Below, piece by piece: positions 63,777 to 64,000 of a stretch of 64,000 bases of DNA (positions are counted from its first letter, which is position 1; each line of letters starts with the position of its first letter). The notes under the pieces are model-generated. The model worked only from the letters and a program-made list of their open reading frames with translations, was not told where the DNA came from and did not search any database. The DNA comes from Octopus sinensis (lineage: Eukaryota), in NCBI RefSeq assembly GCF_006345805.1, contig NC_043001.1, positions 112,592,001-112,656,000 on the forward strand, read 5' to 3'. The position numbers and the translations under genes are program-made.

Positions 63777-64000
63777 ACTTAGAGGCTTCTTTGGCTGAAA
63801 GAAATATCCCGTTTTTTGAACTTATATTGGGGGTAGATTTGGCTGCTATTACTGGATGAACGAGTGACAATGTAGAGGCTTTCTCATTGGCTGAAAGAAA
63901 TATCCGGTCTTTAAAACTTTGCTCTGTTTTTTTTCTTTCATATTTTTCTCTTCAATCTTCTCGTTGCCGCCATCTTTTTTTTCCTTTATTATCGTCTGCC

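Overview
AT-rich, microsatellite-saturated eukaryotic DNA with one 100-N gap (54286-54385). The repeat content suggests a cephalopod such as Octopus, but that is an inference. I find no host protein-coding exon, rRNA or intact tRNA gene; nearly all ORFs in the track are translated microsatellites or antisense SINE sequence. The window is dominated by three tRNA-headed SINE families (labelled A, B and C here). It also holds decayed coding remnants of a CR1/L2-like reverse transcriptase, a mariner transposase, a Helitron helicase and three RLE-endonuclease (R4/Dong-like) retrotransposons, plus hAT-, Tigger- and Merlin-like MITEs. Three signals stand out. (i) Several unrelated small repeats carry minimal type-I hammerhead ribozyme folds: a canonical one at 48265-48347 (-), a tandem pair with a shared A6U core variant 207 nt apart at 35075-35321 (+), and a weaker candidate at 52303-52347. 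A related copy at 43.7 kb starts almost at the predicted cleavage site and has an inverted 5' end, pointing to a Penelope/retrozyme-like system. (ii) SINE-A inserts into, and forms ~184-bp tandem arrays at, one fixed site in its own family. (iii) RLE retrotransposons are flanked by (AAT)n or (CATA)n microsatellites. All coordinates were read by eye and SINE ends are approximate.
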